Translations under genes and position numbers: made by a program
Notes under the pieces: model-generated
Databases searched by the model: none
The model's input: only the letters and a program-made list of their open reading frames with translations
What the model was told of the DNA's origin: nothing
Assembly (NCBI GenBank): GCA_050117845.1
Contig: JASFLY010000001.1
Location: forward strand, 224,001-288,000
DNA length: 64,000 nt
From: Candidatus Zixiibacteriota bacterium
Lineage (GTDB): Bacteria; RBG-13-66-14; B26-G2; WVWN01
Reading direction: 5' to 3'
In this document: in pieces, positions 40,165-49,779 of the stretch
Layout of the letters: each line of letters begins with the position of its first letter
Numbering within the stretch: the stretch's first letter is position 1

Positions 40165-40439
40165 AAGCGGCGGCCTTTAAGCCCGCCGCCCGTCACGGCG
40201 TAGGAGGAGCTGGGATTGGGGTTTTCCCTTGCCTGAATTCAAAGGAAAAGACCGGCCGCTTCAGTGGCCGGTGCCTAACCCGCGTAGCGTAAAACGCCGG
40301 TTTCAACCGGCGCGAAGTAATGGCCAGAGCGGCGCCGGATGTTGCTACCTTTGGGATAGGCATTCCCGCCGGTCGGGCCGTCAGGTGGTAACACCCGACG
40401 GCACATCGTTGGCCGTGTTTGGGGTTTTCCCTTGCCTGA
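40165..40439. repeat. Hairpin-rich intergenic segment with REP-like palindromes and a 21-nt direct repeat
   Basis: TTGGGGTTTTCCCTTGCCTGA at 40216-40236 and 40419-40439; palindromes at 40165-40188 and 40376-40403 recur near 58.24-58.35 kb. Confidence 0.65.
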
Positions 40440-40460
40440 TATCGAGTTATAATATAAAAT
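40432..40460 (+). promoter_or_regulatory. Putative sigma70 promoter of menA
   Basis: TTGCCT-N17-TAAAAT about 50 nt upstream of the ATG at 40510. Confidence 0.55.
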
Positions 40461-40509
40461 CCATTCCGCGTCGGCGCCGATGCCGACCCCGCTCGGAGGG
40501 ATTATCCTT

Positions 40510-41415
40510 ATGAAAAAATGGATTGTGGCAATTCGGGCCCCGTTCTTCACCGCCGCCATCGCGCCCGCCGTCGTGGGCGTGGCCGTGGCCTTCTACGAGG
40601 GATACGCCGTCAACTGGTGGCACGCTATAATCGCCCTCGTCGGCCTTATGGCCATTCACGGCGGCACGAACCTCGCCAACGACTACTTCGATCACCGCTC
40701 CAAGAACGACTGGGTCAACAAAACCCCCACGCCGTTTTCGGGCGGCTCCCGCGTCATCCAACAGGGCGCGCTTTCACCCCGGGCGGTGTTGATTTACGCG
40801 CTGGCCTGTTTCGCCGTCGGCATCGTCTGCGGCCTTTACCTCTGGCGCGTCACCCCCGGCAACGTCGTCCTGTGGCTGGGGATAGTGGGCGTGGCGTCCG
40901 GCTTCCTGTATACCGCCCTGCCCATCGCCATCGGCTATCGCGGCATCGGCGAATTCTTCGTCGGCCTGAACTTCGGGCCGCTGGCCGTCCTGGGTGCCCA
41001 TTACGTGCAGGCGGGGACGCTCTCCCCGGCGGCCCTCATGGCCTCCATCCCGGTGGGCCTCCTCATCGCCGCGGTGCTTTACATCAACGAGTTCCCGGAC
41101 TACGAGGCCGACCGGCAGGTAAACAAAAGGACCCTTATCGTCATCTTCGGGCCGGAGCGTTCGCGCTACGGTTACATCGCCATAATCGCGCTGACGTACG
41201 CCGCCATCGCGGCCTTCGTCGCGATAGCGGGCCTGCCGGCCTGGGCGCTGTTGGGCCTGTTAACGCTGCCGCTCGCCGTCAAGGCCTCCGCCGTGCTAAT
41301 GCGTCACTACGGCGAGCCGTACAAGCTAATCCCGGCCAACGGCCTGACGATAGTTATCCACTTCGCGACCGGCCTTCTGGTCGCGGTGGGCCTTGCGCTC
41401 GGCCGCGTTATTTAA
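40510..41415 (+). CDS. menA: 1,4-dihydroxy-2-naphthoate prenyltransferase (UbiA family)
   Basis: AIRAPF, NLANDYFD, PFSGGSR, INEFPDYEAD..KRTL; GGAGGG RBS. Confidence 0.85.
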   Translation: MKKWIVAIRAPFFTAAIAPAVVGVAVAFYEGYAVNWWHAIIALVGLMAIHGGTNLANDYFDHRSKNDWVNKTPTPFSGGSRVIQQGALSPRAVLIYALACFAVGIVCGLYLWRVTPGNVVLWLGIVGVASGFLYTALPIAIGYRGIGEFFVGLNFGPLAVLGAHYVQAGTLSPAALMASIPVGLLIAAVLYINEFPDYEADRQVNKRTLIVIFGPERSRYGYIAIIALTYAAIAAFVAIAGLPAWALLGLLTLPLAVKASAVLMRHYGEPYKLIPANGLTIVIHFATGLLVAVGLALGRVI

Positions 41416-41416
41416 A

Positions 41417-42706
41417 TTATGCGGGGAGGCGGCCGCCCACGACGAGCGAGGGCTGTTCGCCCCCGTCGCGCGGTTCTATCAAGCGCCGCGTGAACCAGAG
41501 CGAGAGCGCGGCGAAGAGGGCGGCCAGGCCGTAGAGTACGTCGTAATTCGTGTATTTCAATATGAACCCGCCGCTCACGGCGGCCAGGACCGCGAAGCCG
41601 CCGACGGTGTTATTGAAGCCGACGTACACGGGCCGCAGGTCGGCCCGGGCGATATCTATGGTATAGTTGATGTTGCCGAACTCGGCCCCGGACCAGCCGA
41701 AGCCGACCAGGAAGAAGAGCGCGTAGAAAAGGTAAACGCCGCCCCATTCCGCCCGGCCTGAGGCGAAATAGAGCAGCGGCGGCAGGAGCGTTACGATGGC
41801 TCCTCCCCGCACGAGCAGGCGGTTGCCGCGCCGACTGGAGAGGTAGCCCCAGAGCAGGTTGGACGCCACCGCTCCGCCCATGAGCGCCGCCAGGAAGGGC
41901 CCCGCGGCCGCCGGGTCCAGGTCGAGGCGGGACATCGCCAGGCCGATATAGAACGGCACGCCGAGTCGGCTTAAACAGATGAACACGCGGGCGACGACGA
42001 AACGCCGGAAGTTCGCATCCGCGGACAGGAGTTTGAACCCGGCCTTTATCGTCTCGCTGAAAGTGTGGCGCTCCGGCGTCGCCTCGCCCTCCTCCTCCCG
42101 GCTGACGCACATCGTCGTCATCGCGAACATCGACGCCACGGCGCCTATCGCGAATAGGATACCGTACGACGCGGGGAACTCGAATCCCCGGAGGATGGGG
42201 CCCACCAGCACGATGCCGGCCGCGACGGACAACAGGCCCCCGCCGAAGCGCCGCACCATGAACAAGATCCCCCGGCGCGGCGACGAGATGGTCTTGCCGA
42301 CGATGTCCATGAACGGCGGGCCGGCCAGGCCGGCGGCGAGGTTGAGGGCCGCGTAGGCCGCGAGGAAGGCCGCCAGAAGGCCCGCCCCGGGCGCCAAAAA
42401 GAACGGCAACGCCGCCATCACGACGACGATGAGCGCCCGGATCACCGACATCGCCCGGTAGAAGGGCAGCTTGCGGCGCAGGTGGAGGATCCGCGAGGCC
42501 GCGTAGAGTTGGGGCAGCGGCCAGCAAATGGAGTCGAGCTGGCCCGCGAGGCCGATCCAGATGGGGTTCCCGGTAAGCGTCCCGACGAAGGCCGGTACGA
42601 TAGTGGAAGGGTTCAGTACCGCGAAGAATATATGGAAAATGACGCCGTTGGCGGCGGCGCACGCGAAGTTCCAACGAAAATGCTGGGGATGCTCGACCGA
42701 ATCCAT
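41417..42706 (-). CDS. MFS transporter
   Basis: About 12 hydrophobic segments; [11 protein letters not shown] motif-A-like sequence. Confidence 0.85.
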   Translation of the reverse strand: MDSVEHPQHFRWNFACAAANGVIFHIFFAVLNPSTIVPAFVGTLTGNPIWIGLAGQLDSICWPLPQLYAASRILHLRRKLPFYRAMSVIRALIVVVMAALPFFLAPGAGLLAAFLAAYAALNLAAGLAGPPFMDIVGKTISSPRRGILFMVRRFGGGLLSVAAGIVLVGPILRGFEFPASYGILFAIGAVASMFAMTTMCVSREEEGEATPERHTFSETIKAGFKLLSADANFRRFVVARVFICLSRLGVPFYIGLAMSRLDLDPAAAGPFLAALMGGAVASNLLWGYLSSRRGNRLLVRGGAIVTLLPPLLYFASGRAEWGGVYLFYALFFLVGFGWSGAEFGNINYTIDIARADLRPVYVGFNNTVGGFAVLAAVSGGFILKYTNYDVLYGLAALFAALSLWFTRRLIEPRDGGEQPSLVVGGRLPA

Positions 42707-42771
42707 TAGCCGTTAATCTAACCGAAAGCGTCGCCCTTGTCAAGGGCTGCGCCCTTAACCCGACGATACCT

Positions 42772-44136
42772 ATGCTTGATCTGAAATACGTCGAAGAGAA
42801 CGCGGACGCCGTGCGAGCCATGCTCGCCGCCCGCAACGTCGAGTTCAACCTGGACGCCGTACTCGACCTCGCGGCCCGGCGCCGCGCCGTCATCGCGGAA
42901 GTGGAGAACCGCCGCGCCGAACACAACCGCGCCAACGAGGCCATCGCCGAAGCCAAGCGCGCCGGCGGGGACGCGGCCGAGGCCATCGCCGCCGCCCGAG
43001 GGCTCGGCGAAGAGGTCAAGGACCTCTCGGCGAAGCGCACCGACGTCGAGGACGAACTCTCCCGCCTCCTGCTCTACCTCCCCAACATGCCGCACGCCTC
43101 CGTGCCCGTGGGCCGCGACGAGAGCGACAACGAGGTCCGCCGCAGATGGGGCGAGCCCCGCAAGTTCGACTTCACGCCCCGGCCCCACTGGGAGCTGGGC
43201 GAGATACTCGGCATCGTCGACGAGGAACGCGCCGTCAAGGTCGCGGGGTCCCGCTTCACGATGACCCGGGGCCCGGGGGCCCGCCTCGAGCGCGCCCTGC
43301 AGAATTTAATGTTGGACGAGGCCGGCAAGCGCGGCTACGTCGAGGTCAACGTCCCCTTCCTGGTCCTCGAGGACGCGATGCTCGGAACGGGCCAGCTTCC
43401 CAAGTTCTCCTCCGACATGTACTCGGTGGTCGAGCCGCTCTTCTTCGAGTGGGCCCGGCACATCAAAGAGATGGTAAACCGGCCGCCGGACCTGGACGGC
43501 CTCCCCGCCGAGCTGGCCGAGAAGGCGCTGACCGCCGCGTGGCTCATCCCCACCGCCGAGGTCCCCGTGACCAACCTCCACCGCGGCGAGATCCTCGCCG
43601 CCGAGGACCTGCCGATAAAGTACGCCGCCTTCACGCCCTGCTTCCGCCGCGAGGCCGGCGCGCCCGGCCGCGACACCCGGGGCATGATCCGCGTGCACCA
43701 GTTCCTCAAGGTCGAGCTCGTCAAGACCGTCCACCCCGACGCGTCGTACGACGAGCTGGAGAGCCTGGTGGCCGACGCCCGCAACATCCTCGAGCTCCTC
43801 GAGCTCCCCTACCGCGAGGTCGTCCTGAGCACCGGCGACCTCGGCTTCGGCGCCGCCAAGTGCGTGGACATCGAGGTCTGGCTCCCCTCCGAGGACAAGT
43901 ACCGCGAGATATCGAGTTGCAGCAACTACGAGGCCTTCCAGGCCCGCCGGATGAACACGCGCTTCCGCCCCGCCAAGGGCGCCAAGCCGGAGTTCGTCCA
44001 TACGCTCAACGGCTCGGCGCTCGCGCTGGGCCGGACGATGGTCGCCATAATGGAAAACTACCAGAACGCCGACGGCACGATTACGGTCCCCCCGGCCCTC
44101 CGACCTTATATGGACGGCCGGGAGTTAATAAGTTAA
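42772..44136 (+). CDS. serS: Serine--tRNA ligase
   Basis: MLDLK, coiled-coil arm, [44 protein letters not shown]. Confidence 0.97.
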   Translation: MLDLKYVEENADAVRAMLAARNVEFNLDAVLDLAARRRAVIAEVENRRAEHNRANEAIAEAKRAGGDAAEAIAAARGLGEEVKDLSAKRTDVEDELSRLLLYLPNMPHASVPVGRDESDNEVRRRWGEPRKFDFTPRPHWELGEILGIVDEERAVKVAGSRFTMTRGPGARLERALQNLMLDEAGKRGYVEVNVPFLVLEDAMLGTGQLPKFSSDMYSVVEPLFFEWARHIKEMVNRPPDLDGLPAELAEKALTAAWLIPTAEVPVTNLHRGEILAAEDLPIKYAAFTPCFRREAGAPGRDTRGMIRVHQFLKVELVKTVHPDASYDELESLVADARNILELLELPYREVVLSTGDLGFGAAKCVDIEVWLPSEDKYREISSCSNYEAFQARRMNTRFRPAKGAKPEFVHTLNGSALALGRTMVAIMENYQNADGTITVPPALRPYMDGRELIS

Positions 44137-44167
44137 CGTCGCCGCGGCGCGATAGAACGGAGGGCTC

Positions 44168-44923
44168 ATGTCAGGCCATTCCAAGTGGAGTACGATCAAG
44201 CGCAAGAAGGAAGGCAAGGACCAGAAGCGCGGTAAGATCTTCTCGCGGCTGGCCCGGGAGATAATCGTGGCCGCGCGGCACGGCGGCGGCGACCCGACCG
44301 CCAACACCCGCCTCCGCGTCGCCATCCAGGCCGCCAAGGCCGCCAACATGCCGGCGGACAACATCGCCCGCGCCATCAAGCGCGGCACCGGCGAACTGGA
44401 CGGCGTGCAGTTCGAGGAGATAACGTACGAGGTCTACGGCCCCGGCGGCGTCGCGATGTGCGTGGAGGTCATGACCGACAACAAGAACCGCACCACCCCC
44501 GAGATACGCCACATCCTCGACCGCCTCGGCGGCTCCATGGCCGAGATGGGCGCGGTGACCTGGATGTTCGACCGCAAGGGAATGGTCCTCATCGACCGCG
44601 GCAAGGCGACCGAGGACCAAATAATGGAGGCCGTGCTCGAGGCCGGCGCCGAGGACATCCAGGAGGGCGAGGACGTCTTCGAGGTCTACTGCCCCCCCGA
44701 GAACCTGGCCGACGTCACCGACGCGCTGGGCGCCGCGGGCATCGAGCTCGGCACCGCGGAGGTCTCCCTCATCCCCAAGACGACGATTCCGCTGGAGGGC
44801 AAGGTTGCCGCCAAGTTCGTCAAGCTGCTGGAGGCGCTGGAGGACCACGACGACGTCCAGAACGTCTCCGCCAACTTCGACATCCCGCCGGAAGTGATGG
44901 AGGAACTGGCCGCCGAAGCCTAA
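44168..44923 (+). CDS. yebC: YebC/PmpR/TACO1 family protein
   Basis: MSGHSKWSTIK, YGPGG, TDNKNRT, LEDHDDVQNV. Confidence 0.96.
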   Translation: MSGHSKWSTIKRKKEGKDQKRGKIFSRLAREIIVAARHGGGDPTANTRLRVAIQAAKAANMPADNIARAIKRGTGELDGVQFEEITYEVYGPGGVAMCVEVMTDNKNRTTPEIRHILDRLGGSMAEMGAVTWMFDRKGMVLIDRGKATEDQIMEAVLEAGAEDIQEGEDVFEVYCPPENLADVTDALGAAGIELGTAEVSLIPKTTIPLEGKVAAKFVKLLEALEDHDDVQNVSANFDIPPEVMEELAAEA

Positions 44924-45014
44924 GAAACGGCTATCCGCGAAAGCGGTTTCAACATGACTAATAAACCTTACGGAGTTATATTACGGGAAAGTCATAGGAT
45001 GAGGAGGCGGTTTT

Positions 45015-45341
45015 ATGGGTGACGTAGACGTTAGTCCGTTCGGGGGAATACAGGTTAAGAGGTACTACGAATTAGAAACGGGCGTAATCAAGGCAGGGTA
45101 CGACCTCCCGGAAAAAAAAGCGGCCGGTTACCAGGTTGAAATATATGTAACGATAGACGGCGACCAAAAGAGTTCGGGGAAAATCAAAGCAAACCCCGCT
45201 GAATACTCTGTAGATTTGCCGGAAGGATGGGATATTATTGTCGTCCAGGGCAATATATATAACAACGAGGGGAAATGGTTAGCGGAGATACTACCGTACG
45301 ACGTTAGGAATACCGGTGCCATAGAATACGAACTGAGTTAA
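45015..45341 (+). CDS. Hypothetical protein (low-GC insert)
   Basis: GAGGAGG RBS; 108-aa beta-rich ORF; AT-rich codons. Confidence 0.6.
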   Translation: MGDVDVSPFGGIQVKRYYELETGVIKAGYDLPEKKAAGYQVEIYVTIDGDQKSSGKIKANPAEYSVDLPEGWDIIVVQGNIYNNEGKWLAEILPYDVRNTGAIEYELS

Positions 45342-45511
45342 TTACTAAGATATTATCCGCATTTATTACGCCTTTACGGGTACGATGGTATTTTACCCGG
45401 GTGCATTCAGTCACTTCTTTCGTCGTTAATATTCAAAAACCGGGTCCCGCATTAATGGAGTATTAAATATCGCGAAGTACGCCGATCGGGGGTGAACGTG
45501 ATTAATCCTAA

Positions 45512-46345
45512 ATGGTTACTTTTGCGTTAAAACCGCGGCTCTCGGTAAAAGAAGCAGAACGTTTAATCCTCGATATGGCGGCGTACGGACACCATTCGTG
45601 CGTCCCCGCGAAGTTCGGATTCCGTTACCCGACGTTTTGGTGTTTATCAGAAGTAAAATCGTTATTCGAGAATCTCGGGGTAGATTTCGGTTATTTGGTT
45701 TCGGAAACCCGCGAACGGATTGGCCTTATCCCGTATATCGAAACCATTACCCCTAATAAAATGGTCTTATTCGGCAACCCAATTGTCAAAGTACCGTCTG
45801 TCCCCGGTGGGGTCCCAAATGAAACGGTAGTCGGACCGGGAGAAATAATTTTCCCTGTTTATTTAAACGAATTCGAGAACTCCGTAACCTCGTTTCAAAA
45901 AGTTCTGGAAAACAAATCTACTACCGATTTCAATAACGCCTCGATTAGCGGCGTTACTTCAATCGAAGTTTATTTAAATAACCGCATAGCGGCTTGGAAC
46001 GATTCGAACCCTCAAAATCAACTTATCGACGATAAGGAACATAAAAAAGTACCTTTCGATACTAAAATAACCGACTGGATACCGATAATTACTCGCGGCC
46101 GGCGCTTAGATAAAAGTACAAGGATATGGATGGATTTCGTAATGTTCCGGGATTATAGGGACTCCGTAATACACCGGAAACGAATTTCGGCAGGCATGGG
46201 CCATCGCGAATTAGGAAATTACCTCACTCGCTATAGATTCGCAATACCAGGGCTCTTATTCGAATTGCATAAGTTGTTTAAACAACGGGTGCCGTCGAAA
46301 ATCATACGCGCTTTCCACACGTACGTCGTAATAAAAACCGATTGA
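45512..46345 (+). CDS. Hypothetical protein with a possible HEPN (RxxxxH) domain (low-GC insert)
   Basis: 277-aa ORF with AT-rich codons; helical C-terminal half containing YRDSVIH. Confidence 0.6.
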   Translation: MVTFALKPRLSVKEAERLILDMAAYGHHSCVPAKFGFRYPTFWCLSEVKSLFENLGVDFGYLVSETRERIGLIPYIETITPNKMVLFGNPIVKVPSVPGGVPNETVVGPGEIIFPVYLNEFENSVTSFQKVLENKSTTDFNNASISGVTSIEVYLNNRIAAWNDSNPQNQLIDDKEHKKVPFDTKITDWIPIITRGRRLDKSTRIWMDFVMFRDYRDSVIHRKRISAGMGHRELGNYLTRYRFAIPGLLFELHKLFKQRVPSKIIRAFHTYVVIKTD

Positions 46346-46379
46346 AGCCGAGAGTGATATCCCCGTTTATTTCGCCCTA

Positions 46380-48770
46380 ATGATTCGCCGCCGACCCGCC
46401 TGCCTCGCCGCCGCGCCCTTCGCCGGCGGCCTCGTTTTCGCCGCGGCCTTCGCGCCGCCCGCCCTCCCCTTGTTAATCGCCGCCGCTATCCTGGCGGCCG
46501 TTTCGTTTATCCTCCGCAAGCACAAGGCCGGGACGTTCGTCCTCCTCGCCGCGCTCGCCTGCGCCGGCGCCGGCTACTACGCCGCCCGCCACGATTACGT
46601 ATCGCCCAATGACATCGCGTTCGAACTCGACCCCCGCTTCGAGCCGACGGAGGCGGTCGTTACCGGCGTCGTCGCCTCCGACCCGGAGCGCCGGCCGCAC
46701 GGCACCCTCTTCTACCTCGACGGCCGGAGCATTGATATCGACGGCGAGACCAAGGCCGTCCGAGGCCGCAGCCGCGTCACCATCTACGACAAAGTGTCGC
46801 TCAGTTACGGCGACGAGGTATCGGTGCGCGGGAAGTTCGTCGCGCCCCGGCCCGGGCGAAACCCCGGCGCCTTCGACTACCGCGCCTTCCTCCGGCGCCG
46901 CGGGACCACGGCCCTCGTTACGGCCTCGGACAGAGAGGACGTCACCCGTATCTCCGGCGGCAAAGGCAACCCGGTCCTCGCCGCGGCGTTCGCCGTTCGC
47001 CGCAAAGCCGCCGGCGTACTCGAGCGGTCGGTGGGCGGCGACGAGGCCGCGGTCCTGGCGGGCCTCACACTGGGCAAACGGTCCGAGATAGACGCCGCCA
47101 TCGTGGAGGACTTCCGCCGTGCCGGCGCGATGCACCTGCTCGCGATCTCCGGCCTGCACGTCGGCCTGGTGGCCTTCGTCCTCTTCCTCGTCCTCGCCGG
47201 CGCCCGGGTCCCCCGCCTCGCGGCCAACCTCACGGTCATGGCCTTCCTCCCGGCGTACGCGCTGTTGACCGGCTTCAACCCTCCGGTCGTCCGGGCGGCG
47301 GTGATGGGCGTCCTCGCGCTCACCGCCGTCCTGCTCGACCGCGACGTGGACCTGTTCAACGTCCTCGCCGCCGCGGCGCTAATAATCCTGATATACAACC
47401 CGCTCCTCGTCGCCGACGCGTCCTTCCTCCTCTCCTTCGCCGCCACCTTCGCCATCGCGGGCCTGTACCGGCCTTTCGTGGGGCTCCTGCGCCGCGTGCC
47501 CGGCCTCCTGCGCGAGTCGCTCGCCGCCACCGCCGCGGCCCAACTCGGCGTCCTGCCCCTCCAGATTTACTTCTTCCACCACTTCACGCCCGTCTCCCTC
47601 GTCTCCAACCTGGCGATGGTCCCGCTGGCGGGCTGCGCCGTCGCCCTCTCCCTCGCGACGATAGTAACGGGCCTCGTCTGGCCCGCGCTGGGGGATATTT
47701 TAGGCGGCGCGGCCTGGCTCGCCGCCAAACTGCTGACGATAGCCGGCCACGTCTTCTCGCTCGGCCTCAAGCCGCTGGGCCGCCTCTGGCCCGGCCTGGC
47801 GGGCGTCCCGCTCGTCGGCAAGCACCTGGACTTGCAGTTCCCCATGGCCGAGTCGGCGGCCTTCGTCGTCGCGGCGCTGTTATTGGGCGCGGCCGCGGTG
47901 GCCGTTAGGAAGTGGCGGCCGGGTATCGCCTTCGCCGCCGCGGCGCTCGGGTGTTTGGGATGGGGATTCGCGCCCCGCCTCGCCCGGGCCGACCTGCCCC
48001 TCCGCATAACGTTCCTCGACGTGGGCCAGGCCGACAGCGCGCTGGTGGAGTTCCCGAACGGCGATACGCTCCTCGTGGACGCGGGATACGCCGGCGGCAC
48101 CTACGACGCCGGCGAGCGCGTCGTCGCGCCCTTCCTCCGGGCGGAAGGGTTGACGCGCATCGACTACCTCTGCGTGACCCACGGCGACGCCGACCACGCC
48201 GGCGGCGTCGCGTACCTGCTGCGGGAGTTCGACGTGGGCGAGCTGTGGTTCCCCGTGGACCGGAAGTACAGCCCGCATTTGAGGGAGGTGGCTGGCGTGG
48301 CCCGGGAGCGGGGCGTCCCCGTCGTCCGTATGGCCCCGGCGGCGTTGGACGTCGGCGGCGCGGCCGTATCGCGGGTATGGCCGCCGGCCCTGGGGCCGCC
48401 GGCCGGATTCTCGTCCAACGACTCGTCGACGGTGCTCAGGTTGGAGTACGGGGAGTTCTCGGCCCTCCTCACCGGCGACGTGGAGGACCGGGCGCAAGGT
48501 GAAATACTCGCGGCCGGCCGGAAGGTCGAGGCGGACATGCTCAAGGCGCCGCACCACGGCTCCCTGGGGGCGGCGAGGCCGGCCTTCGTCGCCGCGGTCA
48601 ATCCCCGGGCCGCGTTCTTCGCGACCAAGGCCGGGGCGGCCAAGTTCCCCGCGGCCGAGACCCTTTCACGCTACCGCCGCGCCGGCGCGCTCTGCCTGGC
48701 GGCCGGCGAAAAAGGCGCCGCCGTCGTTGATACCGACGGGCGGCGCCTGCGCGTGCGGACTATGTTCTGA
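46380..48770 (+). CDS. comEC: DNA uptake competence protein ComEC/Rec2
   Basis: RNPGAFDY, HLLAISGLHVG, VVRAAVM, FLDVGQAD, THGDADHAGG, LKAPHHGS. Confidence 0.95.
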   Translation: MIRRRPACLAAAPFAGGLVFAAAFAPPALPLLIAAAILAAVSFILRKHKAGTFVLLAALACAGAGYYAARHDYVSPNDIAFELDPRFEPTEAVVTGVVASDPERRPHGTLFYLDGRSIDIDGETKAVRGRSRVTIYDKVSLSYGDEVSVRGKFVAPRPGRNPGAFDYRAFLRRRGTTALVTASDREDVTRISGGKGNPVLAAAFAVRRKAAGVLERSVGGDEAAVLAGLTLGKRSEIDAAIVEDFRRAGAMHLLAISGLHVGLVAFVLFLVLAGARVPRLAANLTVMAFLPAYALLTGFNPPVVRAAVMGVLALTAVLLDRDVDLFNVLAAAALIILIYNPLLVADASFLLSFAATFAIAGLYRPFVGLLRRVPGLLRESLAATAAAQLGVLPLQIYFFHHFTPVSLVSNLAMVPLAGCAVALSLATIVTGLVWPALGDILGGAAWLAAKLLTIAGHVFSLGLKPLGRLWPGLAGVPLVGKHLDLQFPMAESAAFVVAALLLGAAAVAVRKWRPGIAFAAAALGCLGWGFAPRLARADLPLRITFLDVGQADSALVEFPNGDTLLVDAGYAGGTYDAGERVVAPFLRAEGLTRIDYLCVTHGDADHAGGVAYLLREFDVGELWFPVDRKYSPHLREVAGVARERGVPVVRMAPAALDVGGAAVSRVWPPALGPPAGFSSNDSSTVLRLEYGEFSALLTGDVEDRAQGEILAAGRKVEADMLKAPHHGSLGAARPAFVAAVNPRAAFFATKAGAAKFPAAETLSRYRRAGALCLAAGEKGAAVVDTDGRRLRVRTMF

Positions 48771-49304
48771 TTATTCGGCCGGCGCGAGGAGCGGTTTGAT
48801 CGTGGCCTCGAGCTGGTCCTTCTCGATGTAACCCGGCCGCTTCAGGACCTCGTTGCCGTCGCGGTCGTAAACCACGATGGTCGGGAGGCCCAGGATGGCG
48901 TAGTCGCTCTTCATCTGGTCGGTGCCGCGAACGTTAACGTAATTCATGCCGACTTCCGCGGCGTAGGGCGGTACGTCCTTGTCCGGGTTGTCGTCGAAGG
49001 TGATGCCGACGACCGTCAAACCCTGTTCGCCGTACTCCTTCTGGAGTTCGATGAGATGCGGAATCTCCATCTTGCACGGGCCGCACCACGTCGCCCAGAA
49101 ATCGAGCACCAGGACCTGGCCCTTGTAGTCGTCCACCTTAAAAGCGGAGGCGTCCATCAGGGCGAACCCTTCCGGGGCTTCGGCGGCTGCGGTCGGCGGG
49201 GCCTCGCCGGTCGGCGCGGCCTCTTCGGTCTTGGGCGAACACGCGGATAAAAGAAAGACGATGGCTGATACTGCGAGCAGGCCCGCTACGTATTTACGGG
49301 GCAT
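48771..49304 (-). CDS. TlpA-family thiol:disulfide oxidoreductase lipoprotein
   Basis: Lipobox LSAC; LDFWATWCGPC; GLPT cis-Pro motif. Confidence 0.92.
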   Translation of the reverse strand: MPRKYVAGLLAVSAIVFLLSACSPKTEEAAPTGEAPPTAAAEAPEGFALMDASAFKVDDYKGQVLVLDFWATWCGPCKMEIPHLIELQKEYGEQGLTVVGITFDDNPDKDVPPYAAEVGMNYVNVRGTDQMKSDYAILGLPTIVVYDRDGNEVLKRPGYIEKDQLEATIKPLLAPAE

Positions 49305-49414
49305 ATTTAAACCTCCTTTTCGTGTTATATTATCATAAAGTAACGGCGTTGGGAAAGGGTATGTGAAAGGGAACGGCCGGAGCCGTTCCCCAAAAGTCAG
49401 CGAGTGGATTTGCC

Positions 49415-49639
49415 TTACTTGTTCGCGTTCTCTTTGACGCGGGCCCAGATCTCGGCCGCCCGGTCGGGAGCCAGCGTAACGCGGGATGCGATGCGGCCGA
49501 ACAATTGCCCTATCCGGGCCTGGATTTCTTCTGCGTTTGCGGCGCTATTTTCGTCGAGCTTACGGGTGCGAGAAACCTTCTTTTTAGTCAAATCCTCCTG
49601 GCCGAGCTTCCTGCGAGCCGAGGAAACGTTCGTAGCCAT
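49415..49639 (-). CDS. Small hypothetical protein
   Basis: GGAGG RBS upstream of the ATG; basic and helical, 74 aa. Confidence 0.45.
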   Translation of the reverse strand: MATNVSSARRKLGQEDLTKKKVSRTRKLDENSAANAEEIQARIGQLFGRIASRVTLAPDRAAEIWARVKENANK

Positions 49640-49779
49640 TTCAAACCTCCGTTAAAAGAGCGCCACCTCCTATGACAGAAATTAACCTAGTTGATGATAT
49701 CCTTTCGGAGTATAGGTAACGCCGAATCGGATTCCGTTACGCATAAAATAATAAAGGGACGGTTAAAAGGAGCCGGTAA

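Noticed and set aside
40200..40445. Known riboswitch (TPP, glycine, c-di-AMP) upstream of menA
   Set aside because: I could not match the conserved cores by eye; kept only as a repeat/structure finding
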